From assembly GCA_000697335.1 (NCBI GenBank), contig JNEM01012434.1, forward strand, positions 1 through 35,813: DNA of 35,813 nt, given 5' to 3'. The position numbers and the translations under genes were made by a program. The DNA is from Conidiobolus incongruus B7586. Its lineage: Eukaryota. Below are positions 11,077 through 21,868 of this stretch, piece by piece (positions within the stretch are counted from its first letter, which is position 1; every line of letters starts with the position of its first letter). The notes beneath the pieces are model-generated. The model saw only the letters and a list, made by a program, of their open reading frames with translations, was not told the DNA's origin and ran no database searches.

Positions 11077-12093
11077 TTAACACTTCAATTTAACTCTCTC
11101 CTTATGAGTATACTCGACACCTTGAGCCTGACCCCTCTGCTTAATGTAGGTAGTCTTCCAAAGGACTGGATAATTTCAATTGGAGACGCATACATCGCCA
11201 TTCTCGTAAACTTTTTCAACGATTCCAACATGCCATGTAGATCCAGCTCCCAAAACTCCGGGCTGGGTCACTACCATAGCGCCGAAAGAGGGTGTGGTAG
11301 TGATCTTATAACCACCTTTGCGCCTTGCGTCGGATGGCCACAAACGAGCGTCCCCATTCAATTCGCCGTTGACTCCAAAGAGTTCTTTGTATCTGGCATC
11401 GACCCACTCTGTGCATTGGCCGCTGGGGTAGGGTTGGCTCATGGGAGATGAGAATGTGCCTTGGTTTTGAGCGCTTGACTTGGAGTAGGGATCATTGTTG
11501 GGAACGTAGGCTTCACGTTGGTTGTTGGATGGCTTCTGTTCTGGTTTCCCACTGGGTTGGCTGCTTGGATGCTGGCTGGGATTAGATGGGATTAAGAAAT
11601 CTACTAGTTGACCTTCATTACTATTTTGCTGCTGTTGCTGATCAGGTTTTGATGGCTTCGATGGATAAAGAATATCGACAATTTGACCTTCATTGCCATT
11701 TTGCTGGGGTTTCTGTTGATTTTGCTGTGGTCGTTGTTGTTGGTTTTGTTGTTGATCGGGTTTAGGAGGTTTATTAGGATACGAAATATCGACCGTCTGA
11801 CCATCATTACCATCCTGCTATTGCTGTTGCTGCTGATTTTGGCTAGGAGGTCTCTGACCACCAGGACGATAACAAGACGACTGTTGAAGATTATAAACAT
11901 TATACTGATTACCTTCATTACCATATTGATGCAAAATCGATTGGACTTGATTCCAAATTTGACCAAATTCTTCCTGACTTAAAGATCCTGCATAGAGATT
12001 GTTCACATTTTGTACCAAATCATAGTTACGAGCACTGCTTACTTTGCTCAATAATATAAGTGATAATTAGGCGAGGATAGAAATATTGGCCAT
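11077..12093 (-). pseudogene. CHAP-domain secreted protein, copy 2, pseudogene (339 codons, single frame, three premature stops)
   Basis: ATG 12093 to TAA 11077 in one frame. Internal TAA (12069-12067, in the signal peptide), TAG (11820-11818, in a Gln run) and TGA (11178-11176, replacing the Trp of SNWN). Two linker Cys are lost (to R and Y) and the Gly before the catalytic His is Trp. This joins track ORFs 11818..12051 and 11176..11442. Confidence 0.9.
11575..11820 (-). repeat. Three imperfect intragenic repeats (G/S)N(D/E)GQxVDxxxP...KP..KPDQQQ
   Basis: Translation: DGNDGQTVDISYPNKPPKPDQQQ / NGNEGQIVDILYPSKPSKPDQQQ / NSNEGQLVDFLIPSNPS. Confidence 0.75.
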
Positions 12094-14728
12094 TTTAGAG
12101 ATATCGGTATAAAACTATCAAAGTTTTGCTTTGATTAATACCAAAATTGATAGTTTATATATACATATATATTTAAGTATACAATATACAATTGTATAAT
12201 ATCAAAATTAAATAGATTATTTTGAAAGACTTGTAATGTATGAATGGCTATATTTAACGCTACATTTTAATTCTTTTGGGGATTACAGCGATCACAAGCT
12301 GTCAAAATTTGACCTTTCATTTCATTTAGTGTGAACTTAAGTGATATTGTAAATTTAATATATTTAAAAATTTTATTAAACACATCTAATTATTTAATAT
12401 TCAATATCATAATCAGGATGGCAATATAATTACAATATTATGGCAATTTGAATATATACATTTCTTTTACCGTCCAATGTTAAATAATTTAAAATACCTA
12501 ATAATCTTTAATTTTTAAAATTTAAAATTTAAATTTTTTTCAATAACATTAATATTATATAATATATATTCAAAATGATCCCTAGCTATATATTCTAATT
12601 AATAAACAGTCAGTATCAAACGAATTAATTATATTTCCCATCAAATATATTATTCAATTTTCTAATTTTATTCTAAATTTGGTAAAATTTTTTAAAGGAA
12701 TTCTAAAATATTGGAGTACTTCCTAATAACGAAAACATAGGTACATTTATTAATGTCTATATTATCATTATTGGTAATTGTAATAAATTCAATGGGTAAT
12801 ATTTCAAGTATAGATAAGAATTTAAAAAAGATAATTTGTTAAATATTAATTTATATAAATATGAAAATATAAATATTTTCAGTTTAAATAGTTTCACAGT
12901 TAACAATCACCAAATAAACTTTCTTAAATTGTCATTATATTTTCCTTATTATAATTTAAAACATCTATTTTTGACATATTATATCGCGAACATTCAACAA
13001 CTTTCAAACAAATTCTCTATCCACCCAATTTTTTCAATATACTAAATTGCCAAATGAACGCCTTGATTAATTTAACTGACGCCACTCGATCCAAATTTGA
13101 GATTATACAGGTTAGATTGTTTAATTTGGTGTGAATTGTCTGAGAGATTCCTGTTATTTGAAAAATTTATAAAATTTTTGGAAAATTTATGTGGATAATA
13201 TGGAAAATAAAGTATAATAAAGACTTATTTTTTTGATAATGCTGAAATTAGGTAACAGTTGTTTGAGTGATTAGTATATCTTACAGATTGAAAGAGTAAA
13301 TTAGGATAACTTTGATGCTTTTCCAAGCACCTTGCATCATTTATATTAATTCAACATATTTGATAAATAAAATATTAATTTTATAATATTATCAATTTTG
13401 TAATTCAATTTAATATAAATGTGGTAATGCTTTATACAGCCGCTCCAAATAGAAAAAGTGATTTCAATAAATTTTTATTTTAAATACAATTAATAATTGT
13501 AATACAATATTGCAAATTTCAATTAACTGTAGCAAAACACATATTTCATATATTTTTGAATGCATGTTTCAATCAAATGATAATCAAAAGGATTATGTTC
13601 ATGAAGTTTGACATCTGTGAGAAAAACTTTTTCTTCATTCATAGTTGTTTCATTTTTAACTTAATTGAAAAACCTCAAATATATTTTAAAATATAGTTGC
13701 CTGTTATAGACATCAATGAGATATATTTATATATTAATTCTTCAATGATTTGAAATTACCAATAAGAGATTTTTTTATTTTCAAGGTATATATTAAATAG
13801 CATTTGAATTCAACAATCTAATCCGAAATTATAATAATGCATATAATTGTATAATAAATATGTAGTTAAAATACATACCAATTCCTTTAAATTTTATACA
13901 CCTTTTACCTTTATCATAATATAATAATATCACCAAAGATAATTTAATCATAATATAATTAAATAATATGTGATATTCTTGTTGTATTACAAAGTTTATA
14001 ATATAGTTTAATTTATTGACTTTACAGTATGTCATATTAAAAATGAATGTTAATTTTTTTTGAAAAAAAAATCAACTTAATTTTCCATTGGATGAATATA
14101 TATAACATATCTGTAAAGCAAGAAAGTGAATAAACCTTCACAATATCTATTATATTTGTGGTATAATGAATATTTAAGATAGTTTATAGTTTAATAATTT
14201 CAATTTGATAATTTATCCAGAATTATTAAATCAAAATCCTTCTATCAAATTAGATACCAAGTTTATAAAAATTTTTTTAATTATATCATTCGATTCTCAT
14301 ATAATTTTTCATATAATCTAGATTTCTGGTCACTTTTCCACCTAAATATTGATAATCCATTCCGAATTCAATATTATCAACTAATAATCATCACCATAAA
14401 TTTGTTTGGCGTTAATTCTTAATCCAAAAGATACCTATTTAGCTGCTATCACTGTCACCTATCTTTTAAAATATCCAATTAAAGCGCAGAATACAACAAT
14501 TCACGTGGTACTATCAACTGACAAGATAATAAATATCAAATATTTGATAGATATTTTTGTAATACATTTCATTTAAGAATTTGTAACCAAATTTGGATTT
14601 CCAATGATTTAAAATTTTCTTGTTTATTTCCAAACCTCGCAACCAAAGGTAGTTATTATATATCCGAAATCCAATTATCAGTTATTTTACAATGGATTAT
14701 GAAAGTATTATTGAGAATCTAGTCAATG

Positions 14729-14737
14729 GTATAAAAA
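14729..14737 (+). promoter_or_regulatory. TATA box of CHAP copy 3
   Basis: GTATAAAAA about 65-70 nt upstream of ATG 14801. Confidence 0.5.
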
Positions 14738-14800
14738 CCTTGACATGAGATTCCCAAATTGCATTATACTTTGATAGTAATAAACATCTTAATTTCTAAC

Positions 14801-15565
14801 ATGGTCCAATTCTTGTCAATCTTATCTACTGCCGTCTTGCTGGTTCAAGCTAGCAGTGCTACCAACGACGCAACTGTCAACTCCATCTTAGCTCCTTACA
14901 GCTCATCCCTTTCCTCTGATCAGTATAATCAGTTGTGGTCCCAGATTGACCAGATCATGAACCAACAGGGCGGGGACAAAAACCAGAATTACCAACCTCC
15001 CACTGGCTGCAATGCTAACCAAAACCAGCGACCTGGCGAATACCCCAATCAAAATCAAAATCAGAACCAAAGACCTGGTCAAAATCAAAACCAGAATCAA
15101 TATCCTCCCCAAGGTGGAAATCGCTGTGAAGCTCGTGTACCCAACAATGACCCATGCTCCAAGTCTTCCGCTCAGGATGTTAGCAACTGGTCCACCAATA
15201 TGAACCAACCTTACCCCAGCGGTCAATGTACTGAATGGGCCGATGGTCGCTACAAGCAACTTTTCGGAGTGAATGGCGGGCTTACTGGCGACGCTCGTCT
15301 CTGGGTAAGTGATGCACGTCGCAAGGGAGGCTACAGAATCTCGAAACAGCCCTCGGTTGGTGCAATGGTGATTACTCAACCTGGTGTCAACGGTGCCGGT
15401 GGCTATGGTCACGTCGGAATCGTCGAAAAGGTTTACCAGAATGGCGATGTGTGTGTCTCCAATTGGAATGCTCCAACCCCTTGGAGAGTTACCTACATTC
15501 GAGCTCGCGTTCAACCCTATGGTATGGACTTCATCCAGAAGAATGGGGTTCAGTTAAGATGCTAA
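14801..15565 (+). CDS. Secreted CHAP-domain protein, copy 3, 254 aa
   Basis: True start ATG 14801 (the track starts at TTG). Signal peptide MVQFLSILSTAVLLVQASSA, short helical domain, QN-rich linker, and CHAP with YPSGQCTEW and GYGHVGIVEKVYQNGDVCVSNWN. Divergently oriented to copy 2. Confidence 0.9.
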   Translation: MVQFLSILSTAVLLVQASSATNDATVNSILAPYSSSLSSDQYNQLWSQIDQIMNQQGGDKNQNYQPPTGCNANQNQRPGEYPNQNQNQNQRPGQNQNQNQYPPQGGNRCEARVPNNDPCSKSSAQDVSNWSTNMNQPYPSGQCTEWADGRYKQLFGVNGGLTGDARLWVSDARRKGGYRISKQPSVGAMVITQPGVNGAGGYGHVGIVEKVYQNGDVCVSNWNAPTPWRVTYIRARVQPYGMDFIQKNGVQLRC

Positions 15566-17576
15566 TATATTGTTAGGATAAATGATTTATTTATTTCATT
15601 TTTTTGACCTGGTATATGTTAAATTTATGAAATTTTGATTAATATTTTAATTTTATAATATTAATTAGTGAATATTTGGTGTGTTTAAAATTATAAATGA
15701 CAAATACAATTATTATTGAAAATTGATACTTTGAGCCTACAATTAAAGAATTTTATCAATTATTATATTTTAATATATATTTCAAAGTATAAAATTTCAA
15801 AAAAAATATATTCATAAATCAACCTACTCATCATATACCAAAAATCCAACTAAATTTTAAATTATATTTATTGCCAGAAAATTCAAGTATTTTAAAATGA
15901 GACAACAATAAAATTTGAAATTTCTAATAATTTCAAAATATTTGATAAATTCTTACTAGAAAAATTAAATTTGCAAACGCAATTCTATTATAACAATATA
16001 CTAAAAATGAATATTAAGTATCAGAATATTCAAAATAATTAAATTCCCAGCTTTGTTCCCTCGTTCCCTTACTGACCTTGAAGACAAATACAAGAATCTT
16101 TGTCATTTCATTTTTTATTTGTAAATCTAGAACAAATTCAATTAATATTTATTCGATTTTCATAAAAATAAAATATAACAATAATTTAATCATTTTTCTT
16201 AACAATATATTAAATGTTCAATATATCATTTTATCTAATAATTTTCTTAATCTCTCAAGATTATAACTTTATATAGATTAAACATCATTTTTGAAGGCTT
16301 TTAATTATGATTATATATACATTTTTCAATCAATATTACATAATCTATAAATCCTTTAATAAAAAAAGAAAAAGTTGACTTAATAAGATAAATATCAAAT
16401 TTAATTAATTTAAATGCTATGGAAAATATAATGAAAACTTCAATATTAGTACAAAGCATATTACTATTCTTTTAATGGAAATTCATGGTTTAAACGCTTT
16501 CTGATTAGAAAAAATATCGTTTTAAATAAATTTTTTATAATAATCTCAAATTTACTGTTAGATGAGGAAATTGATTTCTTATATTGATACTTTGAAATTA
16601 TTTTGCTTCAATTCAATGCTTGCTTTATCAATATTTATCAAATTCATATGTAAATATACCAATATAAATATATTGCACTATATATTTTATAAAAATCTTT
16701 AATTCAGATGAATTATATTAAATCTCATATCACAACTGTTATTCTTAAATCAAAAAAATTGAAAAAACTGAAATCAGAATGATAAAAAATTTTGAAAATT
16801 TTGAATAAAGAAATTATAAACTTTAATTAAGTATTATAAATAAAATCCAATTTAAACAACAATATCATTTTGAATTTTTATAAAAGAATCATCCAATTAT
16901 ATTTGATAATATGGTAATTAATTTTATATTAATTTAAAAAATATTAGTCAAATATTGTTATTTAATAGTATTTTGAAGATTTAACTAAATTGAATTATAT
17001 CTTTTGAGGAAATTTTCTAACACCTATATTATGTTTTATATTCTACCATAATCAATCATATATACTTGTCCAATTAAATATCTTTGAATATAATATTATA
17101 ACTAAAAGTCTTATCCAAGATTATATTTAAGTTTTTAATATTGGAGCGTTAATTATTGGATAACCATTAATTTTTAGTCAAATTAAGTCACCATCAAATT
17201 AGATTGTTAATATTAAATTTGTACTATATATAGTACTTTTCCTTTTTGAAATTTCTTTATTATTTCCTAGATGATTGGTATTTTAGTTACCATATATCAT
17301 TATCAAATTGAGTTAATCATTATGATATCGAAAAGTATAATTAAAAAAATTTATTAAGCATTAAAAATATTTTAACTGTTGAAGATAATATTTAATTATG
17401 TTTATATAAAATTCAATTTTATCACTGCATACTACATATCTCATAGTCTATTCTTGGAAATTGGAATTTTATTGGTTATATTATTCATTAAAAAACTTAT
17501 TTTTAAAATATAGTTATGATTAAAGTATTTTTGAAGTTTTGTAAACTAAATCCAAATTTCATAATTTTATTAAAAT

Positions 17577-18011
17577 TTAATTGCACCTAGCAAAGTCAAA
17601 TTCTTTACACTCATCATCCTTAAAATAGAATACCAAACGATTAGGATTGAAGTTTCTAGTTAGAGGCTCACAGGTACCGAGATAAGCTTTTCTCTTCACA
17701 TCAATGATAACCTCATTATTGACTCTATATTTGGTTCCATCGCGCTTACTGCCTTTCAATTTCTTAGTCCAGAATTCCGCGTTACATGGAGCATCTGGCC
17801 TATTAAAGCTTTCTCCTTGTTCTTCGAGATCATTGACTTGATCAAAAAGTTCGGAATGTTCCTCATTCCAGTCAACAGTCAGCAAATTCATAAATTCTTG
17901 GAAGTCACTAGGCCATTCACCCATATCATTGGACTTGACATCACTGGAACTGTCATCAGGTATCGCTCCAACAACTGAAAATCCAAGTAAAAGCAAAAAA
18001 TTCAATTTCAT
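17577..18011 (-). CDS. Small secreted protein, peptidase inhibitor I78/potato-I-like, divergent copy 1 (144 aa)
   Basis: Signal peptide MKLNFLLLLGFSVVGA; WTKKLKG and LTRNFNPNRLVFYFKDD...ARCN resemble the I78 pattern W..KL.G...VT(M/K)D(Y/F)RPDRL......CG; four Cys shared with the paralogues. Family call is from motif memory. Confidence 0.7.
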   Translation of the reverse strand: MKLNFLLLLGFSVVGAIPDDSSSDVKSNDMGEWPSDFQEFMNLLTVDWNEEHSELFDQVNDLEEQGESFNRPDAPCNAEFWTKKLKGSKRDGTKYRVNNEVIIDVKRKAYLGTCEPLTRNFNPNRLVFYFKDDECKEFDFARCN

Positions 18012-21008
18012 CTTGATTTAATATCTAAATGTTTTCACTTTCGAAAATAGTAGGTACTTTTGGTATTTAAATATAGATTCAAGTCAATTCTTATTAATTA
18101 TCATGAAACTTATGCAGTTCAAAAATAATAGCCCAATGATATTGGTCGCTGTCAGCATTAGATAATTAATAGAAAATCAATGAGATATTATATCCAGATT
18201 TGCAAAGTTCAAATTTGACATTTAATACATTGTTTCATCTCCTAAACTCTGATTAAGGGCGATTAATATATACCCCATAAGTTGTATTAAACTCTATAAT
18301 ATATTCTCTGAGCTATTCCAATATGAAAATATTATGCAATAGTCATTAGAAATTAATTAATCACGATTTGGTCATGCTAAGTTAAAGAGTGTCAATTATA
18401 TGCTCCATCGAACAATTATTTAGAAGTATTCAAATTGCACCAATGACAAAGCACAATAAAATTTGAGTTGGTTTCATTTGAGAAAATTTTAGTCATCTTC
18501 AATTTATGCTCACTAAAACCAATCAAAAAGATTTAAATTCGACTTAAGTGAATATTTTAATAAATCGCTTAATTACTTGATATCATTAAGTTCTTTCAAA
18601 AAAGTTACTTTATATATTGATAGCTAAATTTGGATAAGCGAATAAATACTAATTTTTACAACAATAAATTTGATTTCATTTCAAAATTGGAACTATAAAG
18701 TTCTTGAATATACATTAAAATTATTTATTCCCAATATTTCACTCAATTTTATTAATTGACATCATTAATTTAGACTGTTTAGCTTGATTAGTTATTTTTA
18801 GACGATAGACATATTGAGAAGCATTTAAATTTTCATGTAAAATCAGTTCAAATATTTCTATATTTATCTATAAAAAAATTATGAAATTACTCTCATATTC
18901 GAAATATATTATATGTGTTATTTGTAGAAGAGCTATATATCATGTTTGATGAAGATATCTTATATAATAAAATTGATTAGTGATATTCTCACAAATAATT
19001 ATATTAAAGAATTTATTATAAAACTTTTGAATACTTTTCTTGAACAATAGGCAATAAATATAGATATATGATTCCATGGATCCAATACTTGATTTTAAAC
19101 AAAATCAAACCTATTTACCTATTATAAAAATTTTAACGGAGAAGAGAAATAGATGTTCAAAATAGAAATTAATTAGCCAGCATATTTAAAGTCTACTTAT
19201 ATTATATATTATTGCAACCAAAATAAAAATTCAATATTAAAACTAATACAATTATTACCATAATTTCTAAGATTGAAATGAATATTAAATGATAAATATA
19301 ATCATAGCAATTGCAGCATGTAAAACAAGATGTGTGGTTCAAATTTTGTTGAAGTTTATAAATAATAAGAGTTTCAAACATTTAGAAATTATATTTATTA
19401 ATACATAATTAATACTGTAATTATTTAGATTCAAAAAGTTAATCACTCTGCGAATTCCATGTAATTATATCATATTTTGTTTGCATTGTTTTCAATATTA
19501 TATTATCTCATTACACTATGTTTAATAATCAAGTATTATAATTATATCAAGTAATTAAGAATAAATGGATAAAAATAATTCATTTCATTTTATGCTATTG
19601 AAATAATTGATAGTGAATTTAGATGTGTTTTTATATTGTTTTATTAATGAATTTTCAAATATCAAATATTCCATATGTTGTTATTCTTTTATACTAACTA
19701 CCAATTCCTATAAATATATGATAGAATTTTTATTCAAATTTTATATATAAAACTTTTAATTATCAAATTAACCAAAATTGATATTGACTAGCTAAATTTT
19801 TATTTAATCATTAAAATTAAGATAAATAATTATTCTCATGAAATTATTAATTTGCATTAATTATATCACTAAGAAGTGTGAATAATGACTAATAAAGGAT
19901 TTTATTATAAAATTCAGGCTATCACGAGGATGATATATTAAACAGAATACCTTAATATACTTAATTCTATCTTATATAATTATATAAACAATCTATTTTA
20001 TAATTTCATCTAAGCATGGCGTAAATGAAATTTTTATAATTAATATAATTGTTTCTTAAAGTCAAAATTTAAATTTTCACATGATTAAAAAAGTGATTAA
20101 TTATATTTGTACAATATTATTCAAATACAAATATCGATTTGAAAATTAGAATCATATAAATTGTTTAAATTTTATTTATTCAATAATTTTGAAATAATTG
20201 CTACTATAAAGTATTGTAATGATAAAAAATTAGAAATTAGTATCTACGTTAAAGTTAAATTATGATGCACAATATTTGGAATAAGAATAAAATCAAGATA
20301 TTTTTTTTATAAATATGGGTTTAGAAAATATAAATTTTTAGCAAATTCTTGTTTAAAAATATAACTCAATATTTTATTAATTACATAGTATTTATTGTGC
20401 ATTTCACAAGTTGATTTTGAATAAAATAATGGCCAAAAAGAATATAAGCGAAGTTTTTAATATATTAGAATATCATCCAAAAATAAGCTTAATATGAAAA
20501 CTCAGTGAGGTTTATATTCAATTTATTTCTACTGGAATTTCATTAAGTGTTTCCATTATATATTACATTTATTTTGTAATATATAGGTGACTAAATTATT
20601 TATCTATAAATGATAATATCTTTCATCTACTATATAAGATTAATCAAATCAATTAATTGATTTTGAAATTCACCATTATTATATATGGTCGATAAATTAA
20701 TATTTATTAAAAATTAATAATGAATATAATATTGAAATATTTTCTTTATTTAATGGAATTAATATAATGAGTTTATACTAAATTCATATCATTCTCTTAA
20801 CTAAATTTATAATATTTTGCAGAACAAATTAAAATATTGAATTTGAATAGAATACATATATTTCAATAGTTTCCTATAGTTAATATTAATGAATTGTTAT
20901 AATTTTTATTTTAAGTTGAAATTTAATCGAGAATATTAAGAGATTATGAACCTCTTGATATTTAATCTATTATACGAAATTTATCTGAATTGATACTGGT
21001 ATTGGAAT

Positions 21009-21868
21009 CTAATTAATAAAATTTTATTAAATATTCTAACCGCAAGTGGCATATTGGAATTTGGCACAATTTTCATCTTCAAAAATTAATACCAAACGAT
21101 CTGGGCGATACATTCTATCAAGAATATCACAGGAAGTGTAGAATTCCTTCTTAACATCAGTCTCAAGCTTATTGCCAGCACTGAACTTGGTTCCATCACG
21201 AGTAGTTTGGTGCAATTTAAGAGTCCAGTATTTCTCATCACAATCAGCATCAGGTCTATTGTAACGTTGGTCTAGTTCTTTGCTTTTCTTAACACTATCA
21301 GCAATACCAGGATATCTGGAAATCAATTCTTGAGCGCTTAAGTTCTTTAAATCTTCTGGTTTATTGGGAAGGGAAGGCTTATGGTTGGAGTCATCGGGGA
21401 ATACGATTCTATCGTTGTTATTGTTGTTTTGTGATCTGTCATTACGGATGGCACCGATAGCAGACAATCCAGCTAAAACAAAAAGACTAAATTTCATTTT
21501 TACTTATAATAGACAAATATATTTTCTTGATAATATTGTAATAGCAGGCGTCTTACAATATATATATATAACTCAATCGACATTCAATGCAATGATAAAT
21601 ATGCAGTGTAATTCCAATATCTTGGCCCCGAGACATTCTTCGGAATATACAGTATACATTAAGTACAAAATTAATGGAAAAGATTGTCAGTTTTGCAATC
21701 TTAAAATATCTGTAATTTCCTTAACTGATTGTTCAATCATTATGATTATACCAGTTCTGTGACAATTTGCCACGCGATTTTTGAATTTACCTTTTTAAGA
21801 TATTTCGGTTAATTTTTATTTGATTTTTATCTTAATTATTATGTTTGCATACATCCGAAATAAGATAC
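21009..21868. repeat. 860-bp direct duplication, unit A (identical by eye to 26293..27152)
   Basis: Constant offset 5284; covers the short 3' flank, whole CDS and about 370 bp of promoter. Confidence 0.9.
21036..21497 (-). CDS. Small secreted I78-like peptidase inhibitor, copy 2 (153 aa)
   Basis: Signal peptide MKFSLFVLAGLSAIGA; C-terminus LDRMYRPDRLVLIFEDENCAKFQYATCG; homologous to 17577..18011 (NRPDA.C...WT.KL....RDGTK). Confidence 0.75.
   Translation of the reverse strand: MKFSLFVLAGLSAIGAIRNDRSQNNNNNDRIVFPDDSNHKPSLPNKPEDLKNLSAQELISRYPGIADSVKKSKELDQRYNRPDADCDEKYWTLKLHQTTRDGTKFSAGNKLETDVKKEFYTSCDILDRMYRPDRLVLIFEDENCAKFQYATCG

Noticed and set aside
11077..12093. Alternative genetic code (TAA/TAG = Gln) making CHAP copy 2 intact
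   Set aside because: All three stop types interrupt it, neighbouring genes end at TAA, TAG and TGA, and it has also lost conserved Cys and Gly residues.
12980..13340. Faint small-GTPase-like words (SIQI*DYTG*, LGNSCL)
   Set aside because: There is no P-loop, stops are frequent, and the similarity is too weak to support.
7967..15565. Bacterial contaminant or prophage lysin cassette integrated at the tRNA
   Set aside because: There are no operons, RBS, integrase, holin or att repeat. The genes have TATA boxes and long AT-rich spacers, and the tRNA lacks an encoded CCA.
21364..21762. 132-aa plus-strand ORF repeated at 26648..27046
   Set aside because: It is antisense to the inhibitor gene, starts at TTG, is repeated only because of the DNA duplication, and is truncated in copy 4.
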